Shown here: in pieces, positions 1-12,707 of the stretch
How the letters are laid out: each line of letters opens with the position of its first letter
Numbering within the stretch: the stretch's first letter is position 1
Source: Octopus bimaculoides
Taxonomy: Eukaryota
NCBI RefSeq assembly: GCF_001194135.2
Contig: NC_069003.1
Span: 17,134,101 to 17,189,086, forward strand
Direction: 5' to 3'
Length of the DNA: 54,986 nt
Notes under the pieces: model-generated
Seen by the model: only the letters and a program-made list of their open reading frames with translations
The model's database searches: none
What the model was told of the DNA's origin: nothing
Position numbers and translations under genes: made by a program

Positions 1-769
1 AATCTGAAAAATTACAGATATGTGAAAAGTACCGACCCTGCCATCTATTATAACTTTTGTTGTTCTGTTTAATATATACATAGATTATGCCTCCAAAGAA
101 GAGAGTTTGCTGGGGAAAGACAGTAACCGGTTTAAAATGACAGCAACAGACTGCAGCAATTCACCACATTCCAGAAGCTACTTTGAACATAATGCAAAAT
201 GGTGCATCAACATCTTCTGCCCAATCAGACAGAATTCTGGCAAAACTGTGTAGCAACAGATCGCCAGCAATTGCTTCATCACAAGTTACCGTCCTAGCTC
301 CTACGAAAAGGGATTACCTGCTATGTATAATCAGGGCAGCGCAAAAAGTTGTTTTGCACAAGCATTTCTATAGCCAATTAGACGGATGAAATTTACGTAC
401 GCTTAATAATGTTACGCAAAACAGCCTTCAGACTTTCCCTATTAATTTCATTGTCTTTTGAATTATGAATATATTTACATCATAAGGGTTTTTTTATTGT
501 AAGGCTTTCTTTTTTAGTTGATTTTCACCTAGCAAGACTTATCGTAGATGGCGTAATAAGTCACACCCGGACAAGGTCTGGTTATACTGCTAGTATATAT
601 ATATATATGTATGTATCGTTTTTTGTGCTTTGTTATGTTCCCGTTCCATTTTTGTCCATGTTTTTTTGACGGATATGCATCTATATATACATGTAGATGT
701 AGGTTATGTATATATATATGCATATGCTCACATATGATTTGTATTATTATATCATCGAACGCCATGCAT

Positions 770-1262
770 CCATTTGCAAGTAAGTTTTAACTTTATATTT
801 CTGACACGCACTCTATCTTTCCCCCTCTCGTTCTTCTTCCTTCTGTTGTCCTTGCTTCTCCCCTTCACTGCTATATCTCTCTCTTACTCTGCCACCCTGT
901 CTCTCGTTGCTCACCTATGTTCAACTTCCTCCCTTTTCCTCTCTCTACCACTCCTCGTTGATCACACGTGACCTGTGGTCACCTCTTCCTTTCTCCATTC
1001 GGCCAGCATAAAGGCAACACGAACTGCTATCTCTCTCTGCTCAAGTTTGTCACATCACAGCATTCAGTATCTCATCTCATTCGGCTTAACGGCCCTCAAC
1101 GTTTGTTTCACTGTTTAGTTTTCCCTGTCTTGGTTTTTGTTTGCCACCTTGGAACCTCCCGCAAGAGCGTGTTCTGCCTCATCTTTGAAACACCTAGTTT
1201 AGAAAGGAGGCAGCTGGTAAAAGAAAAGTTTCATATGTGGCTTGTCTGTTTTCCTATGTGTT
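770..1262. repeat. Pyrimidine-rich interspersed repeat, possibly a Penelope pseudo-LTR relic
   Basis: Contains GCAAGAGCGT...GAAAC, resembling the GAAGAGCGTAGGCTCGAAAC motif at 32441-32460; no ORF; flanked by (TA)n. Confidence 0.3.
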
Positions 1263-1303
1263 TATTCTGTTGTATATATATGCTCACATATCATTTGTAC
1301 TAT

Positions 1304-1334
<31 letters not shown>

Positions 1335-1339
1335 GTGTA

Positions 1340-2388
1340 TAAATAGGACACATGGGCTGTTGTGTACGAACAGCCATGCTTCATGGCAGTGAAACATGGG
1401 CCGTGACTGCTGAAGACATGCGTAAGCTCGCAAGGAATGAAGCCAGTATGCTCCGATAGATGTGTAATGTCAGTGTGCATACTCAACAGAGTGTAAGTAC
1501 CTTGAGAGAAAAGTTGAACCTAAGAAGCATCAGTTGTGGTGTGCAAGGGAGACGATTGCATTGGTATGGTCATGTGGCGAGAATGGATGAGGATAGCTGT
1601 GTGAAAAAGTGCCACACCCTAGCAGTTGAGGGAACCTGTGGAAGAGGTAGGCCTGGAAGACCTGGGATAGGTGGTNNNNNNNNNNNNNNNNNNNNNNNNN
1701 NNNNNNNNNNNNNNNNNNNNNNNNNNNNNNNNNNNNNNNNNNNNNNNNNNNNNNNNNNNNNNNNNNNNNNNNNNNNNNNNNNNNNNNNNNNNNNNNNNNN
1801 NNNNNNNNNNNNNNNNNNNNNNNNNNNNNNNNNNNNNNNNNNNNNNNNNNNNNNNNNNNNNNNNNNNNNNNNNNNNNNNNNNNNNNNNNNNNNNNNNNNN
1901 NNNNNNNNNNNNNNNNNNNNNNNNNNNNNNNNNNNNNNNNNNNNNNNNNNNNNNNNNNNNNNNNNNNNNNNNNNNNNNNNNNNNNNNNNNNNNNNNNNNN
2001 NNNNNNNNNNNNNNNNNNNNNNNNNNNNNNNNNNNNNNNNNNNNNNNNNNNNNNNNNNNNNNNNNNNNNNNNNNNNNNNNNNNNNNNNNNNNNNNNNNNN
2101 NNNNNNNNNNNNNNNNNCCTGTGCAGGTGGCACATAAAATACACCATCTTGAGCGTGGCCATTGCCAGTATCGCCTGACTGGCCTTCGTGCGGGTGACAC
2201 GTAAAAGCACCCACTACACCCTCGGAGTGGTTGGCGTTAGGAAGAACATCCAGCTGTAGAAACTCTGCCAAATCAGATTGGAGCCTGGTGTAGCCATCTG
2301 GTTCACCAGTCCTCAGTCAAATTGTCCAACCCATGCTAGCATGGAAAGCGGACGTTAAACGATGATGATGATGATGATGATGATGATG
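1340..2388 (+). mobile_element. RTE-clade LINE 3' end (family A) with (GAT)n tail, spanning an N gap
   Basis: Encodes HGSETWAVTAEDMRKL...RLHWYGHVARMDEDSCVKKCHTLAVEGTCGRGRP; ends CATGGAAAGCGGACGTTAAAC(GAT)n. The same sequence recurs at 9500-10340 and 50020-51100. Confidence 0.9.
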
Positions 2389-2504
2389 ACTGACTGTGTG
2401 TCGATAGCCAGCTGGAAAAGATGTTTTCCTGGCATTATAACAATAGTTACATCGTCCTATATAGGACTGCCACATTCTATTGGCATATAAGCATTACTAT
2501 ACAG

Positions 2505-3066
2505 TGACTACTGAGGACATGCGTAAGCTCACAAGGAATGAAGCCAGTATGCTCCGATGGATGTGTAATGTCAGTATGCATACTCGACAGAGTGTAAGTA
2601 CCTAGCAGTTGAGGGTACCTGTGGAAGAGGTAGACCCAGGAAGACCTGCGATGAGGTGGCAGTGGCATCGGCCACAACTTCAATTTCCGATTTGATTGAA
2701 ATTCCGATTTTGATTTTGATTTTTGATTTTACTTGACTCAATAGGTCTCCTCAAGCACGGTGTGTCACCTGACGATTCAAAGGTACTTTTAATGAGCTGG
2801 TTATGTGACACTGGTATAGGACACGGCTGCAATCTCACTTTACTTGCCGGGTCTTCTCAATCACAGCATATCTCCAGAGGGCTTGGTCTCATGTCATTGC
2901 CTCTGTGAGGCCCAACGTTCAAAGGTCGTGCTTCACCACCTCATCCCATATCTTTCTGGGTCTCCCTCTTCCATGGGTTCCTTCCACTGTTAGGGAGTGA
3001 CACTTCACACAGCTCTCATCCATATGCAGCACATGACCATACCAGCGCAGTCATCTCTCTTGCACA
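2505..3066. mobile_element. Two short RTE family A fragments (plus 2505-2660, internally deleted; minus 2720-3066)
   Basis: Direct similarity to 1400-1670 and 50650-50900 within the window. Confidence 0.8.
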
Positions 3067-4748
3067 GATGGAGTTCATGTATGTGACATAGCACCTTACT
3101 TTTTGACAGCCATCTGACTTTTGTGCGTAAAAGTAAGCGCTTGTAATGGGAATCCATATCAACACAAATTTATTCAAATAAGTAACACTTCAACAGCCTA
3201 CTTTTAATATAATTAACCATTTCAACAATTTGGTTTAATACTTGCTTTAACTCAACTGGTATTGTTTTTGAAACTAGTACCTCCCTATGTAGGAAGTAAT
3301 GAGTACATATAACATTAGGATTTTGCTGTTGTACGAGCGATACGAAACTTTTAATAGAGCCTATCATAGATGGTGCCCCATCAGTACATATTCCAACACA
3401 TGAATTACAAGATAAAATGTCAAAAATATCTTGACCTTTTGTAGTGAGTGGCATTTCTTTGCAAGGTTACCATCAATAAAGCAAATAAATGTAAGTAATG
3501 GTGCTTTGTTGCTAATGTCAGCTGATTCATCAACCTGTAGAGCAAATTCTGAGTTCTGAAGTTTGTTCTGTACATTTTCCTCCATATCAGCAGATAAATT
3601 CATAATTCTCCTATGGACAGTATTTTTTGAGAGCAGAATCTTGCTTATTTCTTGCTAGGCTTCATCATCTAACATGGTTTTAACTATCTTTCTACAAGTG
3701 GGTAAGATAATCGACTTGATTAAAGTATGCAATTTCTTTTGTAGTGCAATTATTTCGCCTATCTCAAGAGACGCAACTTGAACCTTTTCAGAAGCATTCA
3801 TTCTTCTCAAAAGTTTCTTTGTTTAGATTGCTATTCTCGGAGTCTTTGGAAATAATTCAGATCTTTACATTGAAGATGTGAGTGTTTAGTTGTAAAATGT
3901 CATTTCAACTTGCTAGGCAACATGCCTTTGTTAGACATCTTATCATCACAAACAACACACAGTGGAAGAGATTGATCCCCATTGCCAGTCCAATGAAACC
4001 CAAACTATAAATAGCTATTGCAATATTTACGATTGGGTTGAGCTTTTGTATTATTATCATTACACTTAGTTGCTTTTGACGAAAATTCACTTTCAGATTC
4101 ATAATCATCACGGTTATGTTTCCTCTTAATAAACTTTTCCAGTCTGTTAATATGAAATGTCTTGCACAAAGAGCACAGATTACTAACAGAGTCCAACTGA
4201 GACTGAGACCAGTGAGCTGTGAAAAGTGGCAGCATGTCACATATTATTGGACTCTTTTGAGAAATCTTTCAAAATTAATTGAAAAGATGAAAATTCTTGC
4301 CACTATATGAATGATAAAAATTGAAATACATGAGGACGTATTTAAAGATTTAGTTCAACATTGCATATTTTAATTCAATAGTTTATTTTTCACACATATT
4401 ATTGAAATGAAAACTGCTGAGGCTACAACCGAAATAAACTGAAACATAATCGTACACTGAATATGTCCACAAGACATCAATGTTGAAGATAGACTGATGT
4501 TAATTTAGTTCTTATCCTTCTGAAATTTCAGATTCAAAACTGAATAACACTGTCATACCATAATTAGCCTAAATGAATTGAATGACACAACCACCTCTCA
4601 TTTTAGTTTAGAATTTAGTATTTAGTTTTTTGCCACTTTGACATTCACTTTCTAGTGAATTTCGGTTTTTATTTCTCATATTTTGAAATATAATCTTACT
4701 TTTTCGAAGTGCACCAGTGCACCACAGTGCATGGTTTGGGAACCACTG
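3067..4748 (-). mobile_element. hAT DNA transposon, Buster/Charlie (ZBED8/SCAND3-like) group; 3'-truncated and frameshifted
   Basis: 5' TIR CAGTGGTTCCCAAACC at 4748. Transposase pieces: RKYCNSYL-FGF...PLCVVC (BED finger), FALQVDESADIS, CVGICTDGAPSM, THYFLHREVLVSK. Confidence 0.9.
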
Positions 4749-5099
4749 CTTTAACCCCATGATAACGATTTTTATCAGGCAACTAACACGACAACGGTTC
4801 GGTGTATATTTATATCAACCGCTTTGAAGCATGCACTGTTTATTTATGTAAACTGTCATCACTGCAAGGACCATAAATTCAACAAAACTGGTGTAACTGG
4901 ATGTAACTGTAAATTCTGTAAAGAACCAGAAGAATTTGCTGAGCATGTACAAATTTGATAGGAAGTCATAGTGGAAATGGTGGTGTAACTGCCAAAACTG
5001 CTTTTATACTATTATGGTGAGAAATTTCAAACTGAGCAGGAAATATTAACATGAAGTGTCTAACAAACCTATCAGATTCCTTGAAATTTGCACAGTGGC

Positions 5100-8000
5100 C
5101 TCTATTATTGATTCCATGAGTGATAGTGGATATTTATATCAACCGATACACAAACAGGTACAAAATTGCAGCAGATAGGGCTGAGTATATTTTTGTCAGC
5201 TGATTCAAAGTGAGTACATAGTGAATGTAAATTTACATCAATTGATGTTATGGGGTTAATAATACATATAAATATAGTTGTCATATAGTTGTATGCACAA
5301 CATATCATCCACCAAATACCATGAAATATGACAACAAATTTGAGGATGGCCTCAGACACATAAAAGAGGTAGTGGCAAACCTAGATCAGCACGTTAATAT
5401 ACTCCTCTTGGGTGACTTCAGTCTCCCAAATGTTAAATGGCCAGAAGACCACATCCTCTCTGGGATGTTACTGCATGAACAAAAGCATGCAGAGTCATTA
5501 CTTGAACTTTCTAATATGCTGTTCATGGAACAAATGACACTCAAGTCAACCAGGGGAAACAATATCTTGGACCACTGCTTCAGAAATGATGTAGACCTTA
5601 TCCACAGCACTCTCAGACTACAAAATTGTTAAATTAACTATGTATGGGTCTAAGTGAACTGCTGGTATCTAGAGGGCTCAAGCCATCAAGAGGACTCAAG
5701 CAATATACAATCTGAATTTCAATAAAGCAAAATGGCAATCAATCTGTAAAGAGATCCACAAACAAAACTGGTCCAACATTCTATATATGCAAGACATTGA
5801 CTTGAAACTCAGTCAGTTTAAGTCAACAGTGCAAGCTTTATGAACTAAATATATCCTGGAAAGAAAGGCCAGCATAGCAACAAACAAGATTCCTAGGGAT
5901 AGAAAAATCCTCATGAGATGTAGATCAAAAGTTTCAAACCAGTTGAATAGACAACTGAAAAATAGGGAGATGTATTTTTTAAAACAGACACTCCTAAAAA
6001 TCAAAAACAAGATCAAACTCTCTCATGAAAAGGAAAGAGCAGAGACAGAGAGAACAGAGGTGTGGAAAGCATAAAAACAAACCCCAAAGCTTTCTATTAT
6101 TAAAATTTCATAATGTGAACAGTTAAAATATCAAAAAATAAAATCAGAAACATCTAGATTGTTCCTACAGCAAAGGAAACAGACACAATACAATATCAAA
6201 TAGGACCGTTGTTCCAAAGGAATGGCTCACTGACTGTGGACCCAAAAGGAATTCAGTGCAGAATTTAAAAGTGTCTTCACTTTCCCCTTGAACACATGCA
6301 GATAAAAAACCTGACTCAATTCTTTAATATTGCAGCCCTACAAAAGAATCCACCAACCATTGATTATATCAACAGTGAGGAGACTTGTAACAGTGGCCAT
6401 AGATGAAATGAGCTAAAGCTCAGCAACTGGTCCTGATGACTTTCCAGCTGTTCTCCTGAAGTCATGTAAGCAGGCTTTAGCGAAATCACTTCAGATACTT
6501 TACCAGAGTTTCCTTGCAAGTGGTAAATTTCCTAAAAGCTAAAAGATAGCATTATATGCCTTATCCACAAAGGTGAGAACAGACCAGAGGCCAAAATCTA
6601 CAGGCCAATCTCTCTGACTTCACATATCTGTATGTGGAATGAATGGAATGAATCATCATCAGAAAGAAACTGATAATGTTCCTAGAAGAAAATGACCTAC
6701 TGAACAATATACAGCATGGCTTCCGTCCAGAAAGAAGCTACTTCACACAGCTCTTACAGCAATGTGACTGGGTTTTGAAACTGTTGTTTGACTATTCAGA
6801 TGTCAGCGTGATATACCTTGACTTTGTAAAGGCATTTGATAAGGTAGATCATAGCATGATATGTCATAGCTGCAAGACTTTGGCATTGCTGGTAAACTGG
6901 GAGAATGGCTGCATGACTTCCTTAAATACAGAAGTCGGGCAGTTTCAGTCAATGGTGCCCTTTCTGAGAAAACTCAAATTCTAAGTGGCATCCCCCATGA
7001 AACTGTCCTGGGGGCCATTAGTTTATAACAGCCTTCTCAACATACCCATGGTCACTCAGAAAGTGACTGTCACTTGGACAGCCTACTGTCACTAGCTACC
7101 TACGCTAATGATACAAAATTATTACAGGCAATGAAAAATCCAGATGATGACGCAAGCTTACAGTAGGATCTGAATGCAATATACAAGTGGAATGAAGTAA
7201 ACAACATGCAGGTTAATGCTGGAAAATTTCAACACTGCACTATCAACTCACAAATGCACTGCAACTTGCATATACAAGACTCAAAGGCACTGCAATCCCA
7301 GAGTCACAGGTAGTGAAAGATTTGGTGGTCAATATGTGTAATGATGCATCATTTCATATGCACGTTACCAAGATGACAGCAAAGTGCAGACAACTGGCAG
7401 GATGGATATTAAGGTCCTTTGAAACTAAAGATCATGAAGTTATGTTGACCCTGTGGAGGACTGCCTGGACTACTGCTCTCAGCTATGGTCACCACTGTAA
7501 TAATTCTGGTTATCGAACTGGTGAGATTGTTGAATACAGAAGATTGGCCATGAATAGGCTTTATTCTTCTTCTAAGAATGAGGGTATGATATTAGTTGTT
7601 TCAGTCATGAACCTTGCTGATCAGGAGTCAGTCATACTTAAATATCCTTCCAAAGCCTCGTTTTTGACTGGCTGGTGAGATAATGGAAATAACTGTGAGC
7701 AGTAATAATAATTATTACCACAAACACACAGAGTCAAACTAACAGTGGAGCTTGAAGCAGTCCAATGCTACTACACTAAGAAAACTGAAACAGTGCAGCA
7801 GATAAGCTACAAAGAGTGATTGAAAAAAACTGCGACTTTACTCCCTGGAGCAAAGGCATGACAGGTATGTAATAATCTACATATGGAAAATTCTAGAAGA
7901 GCTAGTACCTAATTTCAGCAGTGAGTGTTACACAAATGCCAGAACTGGATATCTGTATTGTACCAAAGGTATCATCCACTCCATCTAAATTCAGGACTAG

Positions 8001-8250
8001 GTATTGCAATAGCCTAGGGTTCAAAAGCCTACAGTTCATCAATGCCCTGCCATAAAAATTAAGAAATCTATTTAATGTGGATGTAGATGTCTTCAGAACG
8101 GAACTAGAAATTCCCTCATACACCAAATGGGCCAACAGCTGGGACAAAGGCAAGGAGTGGTGATGTGAAACCCCCAGCCCAAGGAAATCAGCAAAACCAC
8201 GGTGGTGCTTCAGCATGACTTCAGCTGCATGACTGAAATGAATAAAAGAA
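5100..8250 (+). mobile_element. CR1/L2-type non-LTR retrotransposon (APE + RT), degenerate
   Basis: ILLLGDFSLP and NNILDHCF (APE); QHGFRPERS and VIYLDFVKAFDKVDH (RT); LDYCSQLWSP...ELEAVQ C-terminus; many stops and frameshifts. Confidence 0.85.
7496..7722. mobile_element. 227-bp insertion in the CR1/L2 element, probable solo LTR
   Basis: Starts TGTAATAATT and ends AATTATTACCACA (TG...CA). Flanks accac/aacac form a 5-bp TSD with 1 mismatch; removing the insert restores the host frame W-S-P-H-R-V. Confidence 0.6.
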
Positions 8251-8298
<48 letters not shown>

Positions 8299-8319
8299 TT
8301 GAAGACTATTGTATGTACA

Positions 8320-10340
8320 TGAGTTCTGCCAAATGCGAGCTTTCTTTTCAGGTAGATGATGCTGCTGTCCCTTATCCCAGGGTCTCACAGGCCCACACCT
8401 CCCACACCCTCAGGGTTGGCACACTGAAAGGTAGGTCTGGTGAGATTGTTAAGATGCTGACTACAGGGGTATCAAATTATTGGATCAAGTGATGAAAGTT
8501 ACAGAGAAGGTCATAGCCCAACTAATTAGGAAGAGAGTTACCCTAGATGAGATGCATTTTGGTTTTGTACCAGGCAGAAGCACCACTGATGCTATATTTC
8601 TGGTAAAGCAACTGCAGGAGAAATATCTAGCCCAAGATAAACCTCTGTACTTGGCTTTTGCTGACTTGGAAAAAGCCTTTGACAGGGTCCCCCAATACCT
8701 TATGTAGTGGTCAATGCTGAAACTGTGGATAGATGAGTGGTTGGTAAGAGCTGTACAAGCTATGTACAGGGATGCTGTCAGTAAGGTGAGGGTTGGCAAT
8801 GAATAGAGTGAAGCATTCCGAGTAGAAGTAGGGGTTCACCAAGGATCAGTCCTCAGCCCCCTCTTGTTCATTATAGTCCTCAAGGCAATAACAGAGGAAT
8901 TCAAGACAGGCTGCCCCTGGGAGCTCCTCTATGCTGATGACCTTGCTCTAATAGCTGATTCACTGCCAGAACTAGAGATGAAGTTTAGGGTGTGGAAGCA
9001 AGGTCTAGAATCAAAGGGCCCTAGGGTTAACCTAGCAAAACCAAAACCTTAGTAAGTACAAAGGCTGTCAAATCACAAACCCCTTCAGGTAGATGGCCCT
9101 GCTCGATCTGTAGAAAAGGCATGGGCAGAAGCTCCACATGATGTACCCAGTGTAAGCTTTGGACACATAAAAGGTGCAGCAATATCAAAGGAAGATTAAC
9201 CGGGAAGATAGTTTTTGTGTGTAGCAGATGTACAGGGGCAATAAACACTGAAGATGTACAGAAAACAGATTCCATCACATGCCAGGGGAGAAACTACAAG
9301 TAGCTAATAGCTCCCGCTACCTAGGTGACCAAGTCTGTAGTGGGGGTGGTTGCTCTGGGAGTTTAGTGGCTAGACTAAGAATAGCCTGGGTGAAGTTCAG
9401 GGAGCTCCTACCTCTGCTGGCAACTAAGGGCCTCTCGCTCAGGATGAAAGGTAGACTGTATGATGCATTTGTGTGAACTGCCATGCTACACGGCAGTGAA
9501 ACATGGGCCATGACTGCTGAGGACATGCGTTGGCTTGAAAGAAATAAAGCTAGTATGATCCGCTGGATGTGTTATGTCAGTGTGCATACACAACAGAGTG
9601 TAAGTGCCCTGTGAGAAAAGTTGGGCATAAGAAGCATCAAATGTGGTGTGCAAGAGAGACAACTGCACTGGTATGGTCATGTGTTAAGTTTGGATGAGGA
9701 CAGCTTTGTGAGGAAGTGCCACTCCCTAACTGTGGAAGGAACCTGTGGAAGAGGTAGACCCAGGAAGACATGGGATGAGGTGGTGAAGCATGACCTTCAA
9801 ACATTGGACCTCACAGAGGCAACCACAAGAGACCGAAACCTTTGGAGATATGCCGTGCTTGAGAAGATCTGGAAACTAAAGTAAGATCGCAGCTATGGCC
9901 AATGCCAGTGTTGCATGTCCAGCCCATTTAAGAATACTCCTGGTGCATCAGGTGATACGATATGCTTGAGAAGACCTGTTGAGTCAAGTAAAACCGAAAT
10001 CGTAGCTATGGCCAGTGGGATGCAAAATGCATCATCCGAATGTGGTCGATACCAGTGTCCCATGACTGGCTCCTGTGCCAGTGGCATGTAAAAAGCACCA
10101 TCCGAACGAGATTGATGCCAGGCCCGCCTGACTAGTTCCTGTGCCAGTGGCACATAAAAAGCAACCACTGCATTCTTGGAGTGGTTGGTGTTGGGAAGGA
10201 CATCCAACTGTAAAAACATTGACAGATCAGATTGGAGCCTGGTGCAGTCACTGGCTCTCCAGACCTCAATCAAACCGTCCAACCGATGCCAGCATGGAAA
10301 ACGGATGTTAAACAATGATGATGATGATGATGATGATGAT
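8320..10340 (+). mobile_element. RTE family A LINE with ~1.9-kb internal deletion; RT, C-terminus and (GAT)n tail present
   Basis: GFVPGRSTTDAIF, FADLEKAFDRVP, HQGSVLSPLLF, LLYADDLALIA, zinc-finger-like region and 3' tail. The endonuclease start (LRVGTLKGRSGEIV) is joined directly to YRGIKLLDQ at ~8460. Confidence 0.92.
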
Positions 10341-10434
10341 GATATATATATATATATATATATATCTATATATATATACACACACACATATACACATATA
10401 TGTATATATTTGTGTGTTTGTGCCTGTATTTGTA

Positions 10435-10612
10435 CCCTACCATCTCTTGACAACCGATGTTGGTGTGTTTCCATCCCCATAACTTAGAGGTTCGACAAAA
10501 GAGACTGACATAATAAGTACCAGTCTTACAAAGAATAAGTCCTGAGGTTGATTTTTTCGACAGTGCTCCAGCATGGCCACAGTTAAAACGACTGAAACAA
10601 GTAAAAGAAAGC
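10435..10612 (+). mobile_element. 3' part of a tRNA-derived SINE
   Basis: Reverse-complement match to the SINE body at 11490-11700. Confidence 0.75.
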
Positions 10613-10880
10613 ATATACACACACACATACATACATATAATGTAAAAGAAGTAATAAAATTGGTATCGTTTCGATTTTTTTTTCTTGTAGATCTATATGT
10701 GATATGTGTGCATATATATATGAGTTAGTGTGAGTGTTTGTATGTGTGTTTGTGTATTTAAGTTGTGTGTGTGTGTGTGTGTATGTTAATTTGTGTGTGT
10801 ATACATGTGAGTTTGTGTGAGTGCTTCTGTCTGTGTCTGAGTGTTTGTGTGAGTCTTTGCATGTGCATGTGTGTACCAAC

Positions 10881-11071
10881 CTGGAAGAGGAGACAGTCAT
10901 CTGAGGACTCAGAGTAGGCATTGCATAATTTGTAGTTATTGGCGCCAGTAATGTCCAAACGATAACCCATTAAACGGTATGTAGCTTCCCTGACCTCTTG
11001 GCTGGTCTTCTTGAATGTTTGTAGCAGACGCTTGTTCCTTAATTCTGAACTCTCCAGCTGAGAACGTAATT
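10881..11071 (-). CDS. MAD1L1: Internal coding exon of MAD1 (C-terminal coiled coil and start of RWD-like head)
   Basis: Acceptor cttttgtAG after a long (TC)n tract; donor CAG|GTTGGT; 191 nt, phase 1 to 0, in frame with the upstream exon (G+AA=E). ELRSQLESSELRNKRLLQTFKKTSQEVREATYRLMGYRLDITGANNYKLCNAYSESSDDCLLFQ resembles human ELKKQVESAELKNQRLKEVF...GYQIDITTENQYRL...DCLIFK. Confidence 0.93.
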
Positions 11072-11121
11072 CTACAAAAGAAAGGAAGAGACAATGAGAG
11101 AGGGAAGAGAGAGAGAGAGGG

Positions 11122-11159
<38 letters not shown>

Positions 11160-11163
11160 AGAA

Positions 11164-11200
<37 letters not shown>

Positions 11201-11489
11201 AAGAGATAGAGATACAAAATAGATAGATACATACATACATACATAGAAAGAGGTAGAAAAAGGGAGAGATAGAAAGTTGTAAGAACTTCATGTAAATTGA
11301 GAAGACCCTTCCTTTCTTATAAAGATAGCCCAACACTATAGCAATGTTGTGTCCAACTCTGTGGCTCCATTGCATTTACCATTATTTCCTGGTCCTTTGA
11401 AGTGCCGTAACCATTTTCTCTGGTATAACCTCAGCAGTATGAGTTATCTTTGATTGACACTACATGCTTATCTGTCTCTCTATCCACCT

Positions 11490-11892
11490 ATCTTTATATC
11501 TATCTCTTTTACTCTTTTACTTGTTTCAGTCATTTGACTGTGGCCATGCTGGAGCACCGCCTTTAGTCGAGCAAATCGACCCAGGACTTATTCTTTGTAA
11601 GCCTAGTACTTATTCTAACGGTCTCTTTTGCCGAACCGCTAAGTTATGGGGACGTAAACACACCAGCATCGGTTGTCAAGCGATGTTGGAGGGACAAACA
11701 CAGACACACATACATATATATTATATATATATATATATATGTATACGATGGGCTTCTTTCAGTTTCCATCTACCAAATCCACTTACAAGGCTTTGGTTGG
11801 CCCAAGGCTATAGTAGAAGACACTTGCCCAAGTTGCCACGCAGTGGGACTGAACCCAGAACCATGTGGTTCGTAAGCAAGCTACTTACCACA
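11490..11892 (-). mobile_element. tRNA-derived SINE, near full length
   Basis: Minus-strand head has A-box-like TGGCTGTGTGGTAAG and B-box-like GGTTCAGTCCC; internal microsatellite. Near-identical copies at 36735-37135 and 54770-54986. Confidence 0.85.
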
Positions 11893-12008
11893 CAGCCACT
11901 CCTACGCCTATCTAATGAATAAAAGTATATATAATACAAAATTGTTCTTTTGAAGTATGTCTGCTTATTCTGGCTGTCAACTGTATTTATGTATATGTTT
12001 TATTTTAA

Positions 12009-12213
12009 CGCTTTAGCATTTAAACTCACCATATCTGGTCAAAATATTCTATGTGTTTTATGTAAAAACAGGCCAATCCAGCCTTTCACACCTACCTACA
12101 ATATTAGTCTAAAATAATTGAAATCTCAAGGCTATAAGATAATGCAGGATAAATTCAAAACTATATGAATAAATAACAATTACTTTCAGTGGAATCATCT
12201 GAATGTTAAAGGG
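12009..12213. mobile_element. piggyBac-type MITE (~205 bp)
   Basis: TTAA on both sides (12005-12008, 12214-12217); TIRs C(G)CTTTAGCATT / AATGTTAAAGGG. Confidence 0.7.
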
Positions 12214-12507
12214 TTAAGTGAAAAAATCCTACACACAAGTTGAAATTGCTGTTATTTGCAGAGTAAGTATGTATTAAAACGAAGACTGGAAAATTTGATA
12301 TTTACCATAAATTCTAGTCTGTTTTACATATCTTATCTGTCTATCAATGCTAATCTAATCTATTCATCTCTCAACCCTACCCAATGTCTTATCACTCTTC
12401 AATTGTCTCACTAACCTCCTGACATTACTTTCCACTTCCCTTCTCTAACAGCCCCATTATCCTTTCTCAAAATAAATCTGTCTAACTTGAATAAGAACTG
12501 ACACGTA

Positions 12508-12707
12508 TAAGGGGGTGCTGAAAAGTTCCTGGCTTTAAAGCTATTGTGAAAGGCCTGGTTGAAGGCCCAACCTTCCGCATTCTTTTACAGAGGTTAGAAA
12601 AACTGAAGAACTGCTGAGAGAGAGAGAGAAATATGTTGAATAAAATCATAATTGATCCTCCTATATTTTCTTTTACGCAAAGCAAGGAAATTTTCAGCAC
12701 CCGTTCA
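12508..12707 (+). mobile_element. mariner-derived MITE (200 bp)
   Basis: TA flanks; TIRs ...GGGTGCTGAAAAGTTCCTGGCTTT / AAAGCAAGGAAATTTTCAGCACCC...; interior resembles a mariner transposase C-terminus (QRLEKLKNC). Confidence 0.75.

Noticed and set aside
183-389. 68-aa ORF
   Set aside because: No homology recognised on either strand and no supporting splice structure.
1155-1195. GCAAGAGCGT...GAAAC as a hammerhead
   Set aside because: No CUGANGA core and no stem I or III.
7565-7610. Minus-strand IIPSFL resembling the MAD1 C-terminal SIPAFL
   Set aside because: Followed by EEE-stop, lacks LLET and LELF, and lies inside the TSD-bounded insert.
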